Of a stretch of DNA of 64,000 nucleotides, positions 1 to 9,198 are shown in pieces (within the stretch, counting starts at the first letter, position 1; every line of letters begins with the position of its first letter). The notes under the pieces are model-generated. The model was not told the DNA's origin and searched no databases. It worked only from the letters and a program-made list of their open reading frames with translations. Position numbers and translations under genes: made by a program. Source of the stretch: Syntrophales bacterium (lineage in GTDB: Bacteria; Desulfobacterota; Syntrophia; Syntrophales; UBA8958); the NCBI GenBank assembly GCA_035358955.1, contig DAORXN010000001.1, forward strand, positions 130,403 through 194,402, read 5' to 3'.

Positions 1-653
1 GCAGGCGCGCACCTCTGGAAGAAACGGCGGCCCTCATTAGCCAAAAGGGGTTAGAGGTGCTCATCGAGCCCCTCGACGTAAAGGACGAGGCTTCCGTTTA
101 TGCCGTGAGAGACAGAATCGTGGATCAATACGGAAGGATAGACATTTTGGTAAACAACGCCGGTACCAACGTCACGGAGAGGCACTGGGACGTGGTGACA
201 GGTGAGAGGTGGAGGGAAGTCATAGACATTGATTTGAGCGGCGCTTTCTATTGCGCGAGAGCCGTTTTGCCCGTCATGAGGGAAAGAAGGGACGGCCTCA
301 TCATAAACATCTCTTCCTGGGCCGGTCGATTTTACTCTTACATCACGGGGCCGGCCTACAGTGCCGCCAAACACGGCCTCTTGGCCTTGAATGCCAGCAT
401 CAACATGGAGGAGTGTGTCAACGGAATAAGGGCCTGTGCCATCTGCCCGGGAGAGGTATGGACGCCCATTATCGACCGGCGCCCGGATGCCTTGCCCCAA
501 GAAGAGAAAGAGAAGATGCTAAAGGCCGAAGACGTGGGGGAGGCAATTTTATTCGTCGCCCGTCTGCCTAAGCATGTGTGTATCAACGAGATGCTCATAA
601 GTCCCACCTGGAACAGATCTTACGTGAATGATCCGGCAAGAAGGCGTGTATGA
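1..653 (+). CDS. short-chain dehydrogenase/reductase (SDR), 5' end outside the window
   Basis: Frame 3 is open from base 3. NNAG motif (ILVNNAGT) and catalytic Ser...YxxxK (ISSWAG...YSAAK) are present. Stop TGA at 651-653. Confidence 0.85.
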   Translation, partial: RRAPLEETAALISQKGLEVLIEPLDVKDEASVYAVRDRIVDQYGRIDILVNNAGTNVTERHWDVVTGERWREVIDIDLSGAFYCARAVLPVMRERRDGLIINISSWAGRFYSYITGPAYSAAKHGLLALNASINMEECVNGIRACAICPGEVWTPIIDRRPDALPQEEKEKMLKAEDVGEAILFVARLPKHVCINEMLISPTWNRSYVNDPARRRV

Positions 654-1455
654 AATTAACGGGGTGGGCCTGTTTCTGAAAAAAAGGGGAACGGGCCTTC
701 CCTTCCTTTGGACCCATGGCCTCCTGGGCAGTATGGAGCTGGAAGAGGAAACGGGGGTAATCGATTGGCCGCGGTTGGAGGCAGGGGCCTTGGTTCTTAA
801 ATACGATGTGCGCGGTCATGGCCGGTCTGAGGCCTCCCTTTTTCCCCGCGATTACCGGTGGGAGAACCTCGCTTACGATTTAGGGGGGCTCATTGACCGA
901 CTGGGTATCCAGGCTTGTGTCTTGGGAGGGCAGTCGATGGGGGCGGTCATTTCCCTTTTTTTGGCCTTGCTTATTCCCGAGCGTGTCCGTGGCCTTATCC
1001 TTGTTACCCCGCCTGCCCTGTGGGAGGAGGGTGTTAGGCACGGAGAGATTTATGAATTCGCCGCCCGGGTTTTAGCATCCGAGGGCATGGAAAAGCTCGT
1101 GGCCATGATGAAGGAAAGGCACGACCTAACAGATCGCCAGTTAATAGCAAGTCCTGAGATCACAGAGCGATTCGTGCAATCCCTTGTACGTCGCGACCCG
1201 CGAGTCGTTTCTGCCATTCTTCGGGGCGCGGCCGAAACGGGCTTTCCCCCCCGGGAAAGGCTTAAAGAGCTCCAGGTTCCCACCCTAATCCTCGCCTGGA
1301 CGGAAGACGAGCTCCACCCCCTTTCCTCGGCCAAAGCATTGCATGGCCTCCTTGCGTCATCAAGGCTTTGGATCGCGAAAAGCCGGGCAGAAATCCATGA
1401 CTGGAGCCGGTTGATAGGGGATTTTCTCTCCCAGGTACAAAGGGGCTACTCTTGA
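628..1455 (+). CDS. alpha/beta-fold hydrolase
   Basis: 275-aa ORF with nucleophile elbow GQSMG and the layout of an alpha/beta hydrolase. Start is uncertain: ATG 628 overlaps the SDR stop, and GTG 646 is an alternative. Confidence 0.8.
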   Translation: MIRQEGVYEINGVGLFLKKRGTGLPFLWTHGLLGSMELEEETGVIDWPRLEAGALVLKYDVRGHGRSEASLFPRDYRWENLAYDLGGLIDRLGIQACVLGGQSMGAVISLFLALLIPERVRGLILVTPPALWEEGVRHGEIYEFAARVLASEGMEKLVAMMKERHDLTDRQLIASPEITERFVQSLVRRDPRVVSAILRGAAETGFPPRERLKELQVPTLILAWTEDELHPLSSAKALHGLLASSRLWIAKSRAEIHDWSRLIGDFLSQVQRGYS

Positions 1456-2219
1456 CAGGTGGGGCAGTAGTAAGTGCCGCGTCCCCCGATTTTTCTCCTC
1501 ACCACGGGTTGCCCGCAGCGCAGACAAGGTTCGCCTTCCCGGGCATAAACGTTAAGAAAACGCTGATTTTCCCCGGGGGCGCCAAAGAGATCGCGCCAGT
1601 CCGAAACGGTGGTTCCCCTCCGCCTTATGGCCCTCTCCAGGATGGTCGGGCCCACCTCCCAGATGGATCGCCATCGTGCCTCGTTTAGGTCGCACACCTT
1701 TCTTTCGGGAGAAAGGCGGGCGGCATGTAGTATCTCACAGGCGTATATGTTTCCCACTCCCGGAAACAAGCGTTGATCGAGGAGAAACTCCTTGATGGTT
1801 ATGCGACGTCTCTTGGCCAGGGACATGATGGAGGGAAGGTTTGCTTCCTCGGGAAAGAGGGAAAAAGAGGCCCTCGAGGGCTGGCAGAGGGAAAGCATGG
1901 CAAAGCGGCGGGGATCGATGAGTTCTAAGGTGCCCGTGTCGAAGTAAAGGGCCAGGCGACTGTGGGCAGAGGGGAGAAAGTACCCCTCTTGCCACAAAAG
2001 ACGCCCCGTCATGCGGAGTTGAAGAACCAACGCCCGCCGGGAGGAGAGGAGGAATTCGAGCCTTTTCCCCAGCCGCTTGACGGTTTCGATAACCTCGCCC
2101 GTAATCTCGGAAAGGTCTCCCAGGCGGGGATCGAAAGTATCTACCCCCCTGATGGGACGGCCTTCGATCAAGGGTTTCAATTGCCGACGAAGGGTTTCTA
2201 CTTCCGGCAGCTCCGGCAT
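1446..2219 (-). CDS. mutM: formamidopyrimidine-DNA glycosylase
   Basis: N-terminal MPELPEVE catalytic motif, H2TH region and C-terminal zinc finger CxxC...CPTCQ. Confidence 0.95.
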   Translation of the reverse strand: MPELPEVETLRRQLKPLIEGRPIRGVDTFDPRLGDLSEITGEVIETVKRLGKRLEFLLSSRRALVLQLRMTGRLLWQEGYFLPSAHSRLALYFDTGTLELIDPRRFAMLSLCQPSRASFSLFPEEANLPSIMSLAKRRRITIKEFLLDQRLFPGVGNIYACEILHAARLSPERKVCDLNEARWRSIWEVGPTILERAIRRRGTTVSDWRDLFGAPGENQRFLNVYAREGEPCLRCGQPVVRRKIGGRGTYYCPTCQE

Positions 2220-2223
2220 TTCA

Positions 2224-2631
2224 TCAATCCTCCCATCCGATGGGCTCGTAACCCCTTTCTTTCAGGCAGCGATTGACGAAGTTTTTATACACGGGACTGG
2301 GCTTGGAGGCCTTGGCCGTTCCCCTGACCAGACCCGCGGCCGCCCCGGCCGCCGCTCCCACGCCTAAGCCGCGGCCTAAGCTCCCGCGTACTGCACCGAC
2401 GGCGCCACCGATGATGGCCCCTCCGGCCGCTCCTCCGGCGGTACTCTTGGCAATCTTTTCGGCCTCCTGAGATTTAATGTATTCATCCGCGAGGACCTTA
2501 CACTCCTCGATATCTTGCTTGGCCCTCTCTTCTCCCACCGCCTTCAGGTGGGCATTGGGGTAGAGAACCGGCCCGGAGGTAGCACAGCCCCAGATAAGGA
2601 AACCGAAAAGGACAAGACTTAAAATCCGCAT
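2224..2631 (-). CDS. glycine-zipper lipoprotein
   Basis: Lipobox LIWGC after a hydrophobic signal peptide. Central GGAAGGAIIGGAVGA / GVGAAAGAAAG glycine-zipper segment. Packed 2-5 nt from both neighbours. Confidence 0.7.
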   Translation of the reverse strand: MRILSLVLFGFLIWGCATSGPVLYPNAHLKAVGEERAKQDIEECKVLADEYIKSQEAEKIAKSTAGGAAGGAIIGGAVGAVRGSLGRGLGVGAAAGAAAGLVRGTAKASKPSPVYKNFVNRCLKERGYEPIGWED

Positions 2632-2632
2632 A

Positions 2633-3970
2633 CTAATCTTTTACCATCTTGGCACCGAAAAATCCATCCGTTCCGTGAAGGTGGGGGAAGGTTCGAAAAA
2701 GGCCGTCTTGGCCTACCACTTTTACCAAGGCGTCCGAGGGGGGAACGAAGTGGAAGTTATCGTTTTGCTTTAGGAAAGAGGCGATCACCTCTTCATTTTC
2801 CTCTGCCATGAGGCTACACGTACTGTAGATGATGAAGCCTCCTTTTTTTACGCACCGAGCGGCAAAATTTAACATCCTTCCCTGAATGCGGGCAAAGTGA
2901 GCAAGGTCCTTAGCCTGGAGGCGCCATTTGATCTCCGGTGCCCGACGCAAGGTACCGGTACCGGAACAAGGCGCATCGACAAGGATGCGGTCGAACCGGT
3001 CCCGTAAATCACCGCTTGGTGGTCCCGTAGTGTCTATTGGCTTTACTTCCACAATGGAGACGCCAAATTTGGCGGCCTCCTTTAGAAGCCGGTTCAATTT
3101 TTCGGCCTGGTTGTCCGTCGCCAGTATCTTGCCCTCGTTTTTCATCAGGGCGGCCAGATGAAAGGTCTTTCCTCCCTGACCGGCACAGAGATCCAGCAGC
3201 TCCTCCCCCGGGGCGGGTGAAACGAGATAGGAGACCAGCTGAGAAGCCTCATCCTGGTAAAGGACCCAGCCTTCTTCGAAGGCCTGTGACTCCCTCAGAC
3301 GCCCGGTAGGCCCTGCCACGATGAGCCCATCCGGGGAAAGGGGGGTGGCGGAGACGGAAAATCCTTCCCGGAGAAGCCGGGCTTTCGCTTCTTCTCTCGT
3401 AGCCTTTAACGTGTTCACCCTAAGCGTGACGGGAGGGGTACTGTTGTTGGCCTTGCATAGCTTGAGTGCCTCGTCCCATCCCCATCTCTTGACCCAGCGG
3501 TTTACGAGCCATGGGGGATGTGAATAGCGGGCAGAAATAAACGTAAGGTTGTAGGTAGTTTCCTCGGGGAGCCAATCCTCCCGCCTTCGGGAAAGGATCT
3601 TGCGCAGAACGGCGTTTACGAGTTTGGCCTGTGCCGGGGCAAGTTTCTTCGTTAAATCGACCGCTTCGTTTACCACGGCGTAAGGCGGTATTCTGTCGGT
3701 AAAGAGGAGCTGATAGACGGCCAAGCGCAGGATGTTCTGCGTGGTCACGGGTAGCCCTGACCACCCTCGGAGGTGGTGCTTCAGGATATAGTCGCAAGTG
3801 CCTCTCATGCGGAGGGTGCCGTAGGTGAGTTCCGTAAGCAACCTGCGGTCCCGTTCGTCCTGGATAACCCCGGCTTTTAGCTGGAAATCGAGGAGCTCCT
3901 CGGCGAAGGCACCTTGCTTCTCCACCTCCGAAAGAATGGAGGTGGCCACCGCTCTTACCGAACTTGCCAT
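2633..3970 (-). CDS. rsmB: 16S rRNA (cytosine967-C5)-methyltransferase, NusB-like N-terminal domain plus SAM methyltransferase
   Basis: 445 aa with DLCAGQGGKT SAM motif, DAPCSGTG and TCS catalytic Cys motifs. Lies directly downstream of fmt, as in many bacteria. Confidence 0.92.
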   Translation of the reverse strand: MASSVRAVATSILSEVEKQGAFAEELLDFQLKAGVIQDERDRRLLTELTYGTLRMRGTCDYILKHHLRGWSGLPVTTQNILRLAVYQLLFTDRIPPYAVVNEAVDLTKKLAPAQAKLVNAVLRKILSRRREDWLPEETTYNLTFISARYSHPPWLVNRWVKRWGWDEALKLCKANNSTPPVTLRVNTLKATREEAKARLLREGFSVSATPLSPDGLIVAGPTGRLRESQAFEEGWVLYQDEASQLVSYLVSPAPGEELLDLCAGQGGKTFHLAALMKNEGKILATDNQAEKLNRLLKEAAKFGVSIVEVKPIDTTGPPSGDLRDRFDRILVDAPCSGTGTLRRAPEIKWRLQAKDLAHFARIQGRMLNFAARCVKKGGFIIYSTCSLMAEENEEVIASFLKQNDNFHFVPPSDALVKVVGQDGLFRTFPHLHGTDGFFGAKMVKD

Positions 3971-3972
3971 GT

Positions 3973-4929
3973 TCAGCCCACCTGTTCACCTAAACTTATT
4001 CTGTAGCCTCGGAGAAAGTCCTGGATGGGAAGCCTCTTTTTCCCTTCCAGCTGCACCTCTTTTAAGTAAACCCAACCGTCGCCGGCGGCCACGGGTAGCC
4101 CTTCGGGGGCGGGAGACCCGATGGTCCCGGGCGGTAAAGGATGAGTTTCTTTCTGGGAAGTCGCCTTATAGACCTTGAATATCTGCCCTTTAAGGTAGGT
4201 AAAGGCCCCCGGTGTGGATGAAAGGCCGCGAATTTTCCTTACTATCTCCTCGCTACCCTGGGACCAGTCGATCAAGGCATCTGCCTTTGTGAGGCGGGGG
4301 GCGTAGGTGGCGCCGTTTAAGGGCTGAGGTCGGGGGGTAATCTGGCCTGCTACGAAAAGTTCGATGGCTTCGATGAGTAGTTCGGCCCCCAAACGGGCCA
4401 GCCGATCGTGCAGGCGATCGAAAGTTTCGTCCGGTTCGACGGGTGTTTCCCGTTGCAGAAGGATAGGTCCAGTATCGACCCCTTCGTCCATCAACATGAT
4501 TGTGACGCCCGTGACTTCATCTCCCCGCATGAGGGTCCAGTTGATGGGGGCCGGGCCTCGGTGGCGTGGCAGCAAAGAAGGATGCACGTTGAGGCACCCG
4601 TACGGTGGGTTATGGATGAGGTCGGGGGGTAAGATCTGGCCGAAGGCGGCGACGATAACCATATCTAAGTTAAGGGCTTTGAATGCCTCTAAAAAAGCGG
4701 GGTCCCTCACCTTTTCCGGTTGCAGCACCTTAAGGCCATGGGTTAGGGCCAGCTCTTTTACCGGGGGCGGCGTGAGTTTTTTCCCTCGTCCCTGGGGTTT
4801 GTCGGGTTGGGTAACGACGGCTACGATGGGATATCCCTTGTCGATTAAAGCCTTCAAACTGGGTAGGGCAAACTCCGGGGTGCCCATGAACAACAGGCGT
4901 GGTTTTTCTATCACCTTATTTCTCCTCAT
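3973..4929 (-). CDS. fmt: methionyl-tRNA formyltransferase
   Basis: FMGTPEFA N-terminus, HPSLLPRHRG motif and C-terminal tRNA-binding domain. ATGA overlap with the upstream gene. Confidence 0.95.
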   Translation of the reverse strand: MRRNKVIEKPRLLFMGTPEFALPSLKALIDKGYPIVAVVTQPDKPQGRGKKLTPPPVKELALTHGLKVLQPEKVRDPAFLEAFKALNLDMVIVAAFGQILPPDLIHNPPYGCLNVHPSLLPRHRGPAPINWTLMRGDEVTGVTIMLMDEGVDTGPILLQRETPVEPDETFDRLHDRLARLGAELLIEAIELFVAGQITPRPQPLNGATYAPRLTKADALIDWSQGSEEIVRKIRGLSSTPGAFTYLKGQIFKVYKATSQKETHPLPPGTIGSPAPEGLPVAAGDGWVYLKEVQLEGKKRLPIQDFLRGYRISLGEQVG

Positions 4930-5663
4930 TTCATCTTTCTGATGCGTACATCTATCCCTTTTTCGTCTTTTAGCAGTTTGATCAGGCGCGATACGTCCGT
5001 GTCTCCCAAGTGGTATGGATAGAGGATGCGGGGACGGAAGGCGCGGGCTGCGTCGGCAACCATCTCGGGGGTCATGGTGTAGGGGAGGTTCATGGGCAAG
5101 AAGGCGATGTCGACCCCTCTTAGGGCTTTCATTTCCGGGATGTTTTCCGTGTCTCCCCCTATGTATACCCGGGTTCCCTTGAAGTTTACGAGGTAACCGT
5201 TTCCTTCCCCCTTGGGGTGGTAGGGAACCCCGGAAGGCTGTAAATGAACGATGTTATAGGCAGGGAGGGCGGTAATCTTGATCTCGAAAAAAGTCCTTTC
5301 ATCCCCGTTTTTCATGGCGTGAGCCCCGTTTAGGTAGCGGGCGCAAGCGGTATTGGTCAAGATGATGGTGCCTTTTTTCCTGATCACCTCTATCGTCCGG
5401 GGATCGAAGTGGTCGTAATGCTCATGGGTGATGAGGATGAGGTCGGCCTTGGGTAGTTGGGAATAATCTCCGTACCGGCCCACCGGGTCAATATGGATTA
5501 CCTTCCCCCCCCACTCCATGCAGACAGAGGCATGGCCGATGAAGGTAATCTTGAGATCCCCATGGGGGGTGGAAATGACGTCCACTTCATAGGCGAAAAG
5601 CGAGGAAGAAAGGAGGATGATGGCGATGATAGTCGCCCATTCCAAATATTTTCTCCTTTTCAT
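4926..5663 (-). CDS. exported metallo-beta-lactamase-fold hydrolase
   Basis: N-terminal signal-like segment (MKRRKYLEWATIIAIILLSSSLFA), HEHYDH metal motif and an AGGAGA SD upstream. Confidence 0.8.
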   Translation of the reverse strand: MKRRKYLEWATIIAIILLSSSLFAYEVDVISTPHGDLKITFIGHASVCMEWGGKVIHIDPVGRYGDYSQLPKADLILITHEHYDHFDPRTIEVIRKKGTIILTNTACARYLNGAHAMKNGDERTFFEIKITALPAYNIVHLQPSGVPYHPKGEGNGYLVNFKGTRVYIGGDTENIPEMKALRGVDIAFLPMNLPYTMTPEMVADAARAFRPRILYPYHLGDTDVSRLIKLLKDEKGIDVRIRKMK

Positions 5664-5753
5664 GGCGCCCTTTTCTCCTTTCTTTTTTTATTGACCTGCA
5701 TTTTACCGCAAACGGGCGCCTAAAGGAAAGGTCTCATCTCGTATTGACCCGTA

Positions 5754-5762
5754 TGGTATAAT
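5754..5762 (+). promoter_or_regulatory. extended -10 element TGGTATAAT
   Basis: Exact TGnTATAAT about 28 nt upstream of the ATG at 5790. No good -35 at 17 nt spacing. Confidence 0.3.
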
Positions 5763-5789
5763 AGAGGAAATTTTGCGAGGGGTGTGCTT

Positions 5790-5900
5790 ATGGCCCATAA
5801 GAAACCCGAAAGAAGAAAGGAATTGGATCGCCGTCGGCGGCGTCGGGAAAAGAGGCTCAAAGCCCGGGCAAAAGAGGCGCGTCTCAACAAAGTTTCTTGA
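5790..5900 (+). CDS. 36-aa highly basic small protein (hypothetical)
   Basis: ATG 5790 to TGA 5898-5900, translating to MAHKKPERRKELDRRRRRREKRLKARAKEARLNKVS. GAGGGG SD lies 7 nt upstream. Below the ORF-track size cutoff. Confidence 0.35.
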   Translation: MAHKKPERRKELDRRRRRREKRLKARAKEARLNKVS

Positions 5901-6677
5901 TTAGAGATAGGATAGCACTTTTTCCATCCTCCTTGCCTCGCGCACAAAGAGGGAGACGAGCTTCATGTCCTTGCGAAAGCGAAGGGGACGCCCCCTTTCG
6001 TCGAGGACATTGGTGCGGGTGCAGCTGTCAACCCCGGCCGGCCTTACGTATCTAATGGCCTCTGCCACGTTGTCAGGGCCCAGGCCGCCGGCCAGTATGA
6101 CGGGGCGAGGACTTAAGTCCACGATTTCACGGGCAAGGGCCCAATCACAGATCTCACCCGTTATCCCTACAAAGCCGCTTACGGGTTGCTCTCCTTCTTG
6201 TAACGTATCGAGGAGAAAGAAATCCGTATAAGGCGCCAACGTACCGATGACTTCCTCGATGTGGCCCGCGAGTTCTCGGCTTGTGCGGCCTGGGCGAGGG
6301 AGGCCTATTGATCTTATGATGCCCAAGGAGGGAAATTTTTCCTTTACCTCCGCCTGAATCCGGACGAGGTTCGGAAGTCGGCTTAAAGGGCCGGCCAAGC
6401 CTCCCGAAGAAGGAGAGATAGCTTCGCAAAAATGGACAAAATCGGGCTGGAAATAGGAAAGGGCATGGAAGATGGCGAAAAGATCGGAGAAGAGAGGAAT
6501 GATCACGCTTTTTTTGCCTTCTGCCTGTACGGCCTTTACCGTTTTCAGGAGGTAGGGCCATGGAGGGTCATCGGGCGAGTCAATGACCGTCCCCACATGG
6601 TCCACCCCCGCCTCTATGAGGGGGCGAACTTCCCTCGCCTCTTGAATTTCGTATATCTGGACGATGATGCCGTTCAT
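5901..6677 (-). CDS. TrpF-like (phosphoribosylanthranilate isomerase family) TIM-barrel protein
   Basis: C-terminal ILAGGLGPDNVAEAI...GVDSCTRTN resembles the PRAI phosphate-binding region. The maximal ORF starts at TTG 6770; the internal ATG 6677 (MNGIIVQIYE) is preferred. Not in a trp operon. Confidence 0.6.
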   Translation of the reverse strand: MNGIIVQIYEIQEAREVRPLIEAGVDHVGTVIDSPDDPPWPYLLKTVKAVQAEGKKSVIIPLFSDLFAIFHALSYFQPDFVHFCEAISPSSGGLAGPLSRLPNLVRIQAEVKEKFPSLGIIRSIGLPRPGRTSRELAGHIEEVIGTLAPYTDFFLLDTLQEGEQPVSGFVGITGEICDWALAREIVDLSPRPVILAGGLGPDNVAEAIRYVRPAGVDSCTRTNVLDERGRPLRFRKDMKLVSLFVREARRMEKVLSYL

Positions 6678-6787
6678 GGGTTCTTCAATACCATCGGGCC
6701 TGCCCTCACGCAAGAAAACTAAATTTCCCTTTTCCTCTTCGGTCTCTTCATGTATTATCGCGCAAAACAAAGAGGAGATCTGCTCAA

Positions 6788-7945
6788 ATGGAGAGAATAT
6801 TTACCTTCACCGGGGCACAAAAAATAGTGTTCGGATGCGGCGCGCTACAAAAGTTGACCGCGTTTCTTACGGAGCTGAAAATTTCCCGCCCCTACGTGGT
6901 TATGGACCCCGCCCTGAGAAAGGTGGGCATGACGGAGCGCCTGGAAAAGTTGTTGAGTGCCGGGGGCTTTAAGTACGCCCTTTTTCAGGAGGTGGAGGCC
7001 GAACCACCCTTGGAAAGTGCCGATCGGTGTGCCCAAGCCGCCCGTCGCCACCAGGCCGACGGGGTGATCGGCATCGGGGGCGGCAGCGCCATGGATCTCG
7101 CCAAGGCCGTCTCCGTTCTTGCCCCCCATAAGGTGCGGGCCGAGGTGTATTTAGGGTTGAACAAGATCCCCCAGGCGGGGCTGCCGAAGGTCATGGTACC
7201 CACCACTGCCGGGACGGGCAGTGAGGTCACCTTTACGGCCGTCTTCAGGAGGAAAAATTTACAGAAGAAGGAGGGCATGAACAGCCCCTACCTTTACCCG
7301 GAGCTGGCCCTCTTGGATCCCGAGCTCACCCTCAGTTTGCCGCCGGAAGTAACGGCCACCACCGGTCTGGATGCCCTTTGCCATGCGGTGGAATCCTATA
7401 CGTCCATTCAGGCCTCCCCCATGAGTGAGCTTTTCTCTCGAGAGGCGATTGCCTTGATTGGGGAGAACTTGCGAACCTGCGTTCACAACGGTCAGGACAT
7501 CTCTGCCCGCTCGGCTATGTTGCTCGCCAGTCTTTATGCCGGCTTGGGGCTGGCCAATGCGGGGGTTACCGCCGTCCATTCCCTCTCCTACCCCCTCGGC
7601 GGCAAGTATGGAATTCCCCATGGCCTGGCCAACACCGTTCTTTTGCCCCATGTGATGGCCTATAACCTGCCGGCCGCCCTGGAAAAATTTGCGGACGTGG
7701 CAGCCCTCTTGGGCGAGGTGACGGAAGACCTTTCCCTGCGGGAAGCAGCGGAGATGGCGGTCGAAGCCGTCTATCACCTGATCGAAGATTGCGGGATCAA
7801 TGTATCCCTGGAAGATCTGGGGATTCGGGAGGAGGCCTTCCCCGAGCTGGCGGAAGCCGCCCTCACGGTTACCCGTCCCCTCCAGAACAATCCTCGACCG
7901 GTCAAATTGGAGGATGCGATAAATATTTACCGCGCAGCCTTTTAG
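6788..7945 (+). CDS. iron-containing (group III) alcohol dehydrogenase family protein
   Basis: 385 aa with GIGGGSAMD glycine motif and His-rich metal site (LCHAVE, HSLSYPLG...GIPHG). Confidence 0.9.
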   Translation: MERIFTFTGAQKIVFGCGALQKLTAFLTELKISRPYVVMDPALRKVGMTERLEKLLSAGGFKYALFQEVEAEPPLESADRCAQAARRHQADGVIGIGGGSAMDLAKAVSVLAPHKVRAEVYLGLNKIPQAGLPKVMVPTTAGTGSEVTFTAVFRRKNLQKKEGMNSPYLYPELALLDPELTLSLPPEVTATTGLDALCHAVESYTSIQASPMSELFSREAIALIGENLRTCVHNGQDISARSAMLLASLYAGLGLANAGVTAVHSLSYPLGGKYGIPHGLANTVLLPHVMAYNLPAALEKFADVAALLGEVTEDLSLREAAEMAVEAVYHLIEDCGINVSLEDLGIREEAFPELAEAALTVTRPLQNNPRPVKLEDAINIYRAAF

Positions 7946-7973
7946 ATTTCTACGCAGAAGGAGGAAGGGAAAA

Positions 7974-9179
7974 ATGCCTGGATACGAAGTGTTCGGCACA
8001 GAAGAGAGAAAAGAGGTCATGGACGTCCTGGAGACGGGCGTCCTCATGAGGTACGGTTTCGATCAGGAAAGAAAGGGCATTTTCAAAGTTCGCCAGTTCG
8101 AAGAGGAATTTGCCCGCTATCTGGGCGTTTCTCATGCCCTGGGGGTTACGTCCGGTTCGGCGGCCCTGAAAGTGGCGTTGACGGCGATGGATGTATGCCC
8201 CGGTGATGAGGTCATCGTTCCCGCTTTCACCTTTATCGCCACCTATGAAGCCGTTTTGGAAGTGGGCGCCATCCCCGTAATGGCGGACATTGACGAAACC
8301 CTCAATCTCGATCCCGCGGCTATCAAGGCCTGTCTTACCCCTCGGACGAAGGCCGTGATTCCCGTTCACATGTGTGGTGCCGGGGCCCGCATCAGGGAAA
8401 TAGTGCAGGAGGCGAAATCCCATGGCCTTTTCGTACTCGAGGACAATGCCCAAAGTTGCGGCGGCTCGGTGGGGGGGAAGAAATTGGGCACCTTTGGGGA
8501 TATGGGGATCTTTAGCTTCGACTATTACAAGACCATAACCACCGGCGAAGGAGGCCTCGTGGTCACGGATAACAAGACGTTGGCCGATCGCGCCGAATGG
8601 TATCACGACCACGGCCATGACCACAATCCTCAGGTGAGTCGGGCCATGGAGGGACGCACGATCCTCGGTTTCAACTTTCGCATGAACGAACTTCAGGGAG
8701 CGGTGGGATTGGCCCAGTTGCGAAAGCTCGATTCGATCATCAGGCAACAAAAGAAGAATAAGGCCTTGATCAAGGACATGCTAAGCAGGGTTGCCGGCGT
8801 AAAATTTCGTGAGCTCGTCGATGCGGAGGGGGACACGGCCACCTTCCTTGCGTTCAACCTGCCCACAGAGGAAAAGGCCCTCACCTTTCAACGGGCCTTG
8901 GCAAAAGGTGGGTGCGAGACGGTTTGTTTCAAACACAACAAGTGGCATTACGTGCCGAACTGGGAACATTTCCTGGGCTTTTCCACGGCCAATTCTCAAA
9001 AATGGCCCTTTACCAACCCTAACTATCAGGGAGGGAAACCGGATTATGGGCGCCACCGTATCCCCCGGGCAGAGGACCTCCTGGGCAGGACGCTGTTTAT
9101 GCCCATCTCCATTGTTATGCCGGAAGAGCGCATGAAAAAGATAGAACGGGCCATCGAGCAGGCGGCAAAAGAGATTTGA
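7974..9179 (+). CDS. DegT/DnrJ/EryC1/StrS-family PLP-dependent sugar aminotransferase
   Basis: GVTSGSAAL motif, DNAQS, and SFDYYKTITTGEGG containing the PLP lysine. Strong SD GGAGGAAGGG. Confidence 0.9.
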   Translation: MPGYEVFGTEERKEVMDVLETGVLMRYGFDQERKGIFKVRQFEEEFARYLGVSHALGVTSGSAALKVALTAMDVCPGDEVIVPAFTFIATYEAVLEVGAIPVMADIDETLNLDPAAIKACLTPRTKAVIPVHMCGAGARIREIVQEAKSHGLFVLEDNAQSCGGSVGGKKLGTFGDMGIFSFDYYKTITTGEGGLVVTDNKTLADRAEWYHDHGHDHNPQVSRAMEGRTILGFNFRMNELQGAVGLAQLRKLDSIIRQQKKNKALIKDMLSRVAGVKFRELVDAEGDTATFLAFNLPTEEKALTFQRALAKGGCETVCFKHNKWHYVPNWEHFLGFSTANSQKWPFTNPNYQGGKPDYGRHRIPRAEDLLGRTLFMPISIVMPEERMKKIERAIEQAAKEI

Positions 9180-9198
9180 TTCGAGGGGGCTTATCATA

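Noticed and set aside
5720-5947. 75-aa minus-strand ORF in the TrpF-like/MBL intergenic region.
   Set aside because: It overlaps the 3' end of the TrpF-like gene, has no SD, and is the mirror of the Arg-rich plus-strand small ORF, which has both a promoter and an SD. I kept the plus-strand ORF at low confidence instead.
7259-8750. Two long minus-strand ORFs (262 and 266 aa) opposite the Fe-ADH and DegT genes.
   Set aside because: They are shadow ORFs opposite well-supported genes with clear family motifs, and they have no recognisable motifs of their own. The same reasoning applies to 35953-36696, 37439-38275, 47443-48099, 21274-21885, 20473-21102 and 55627-56304.
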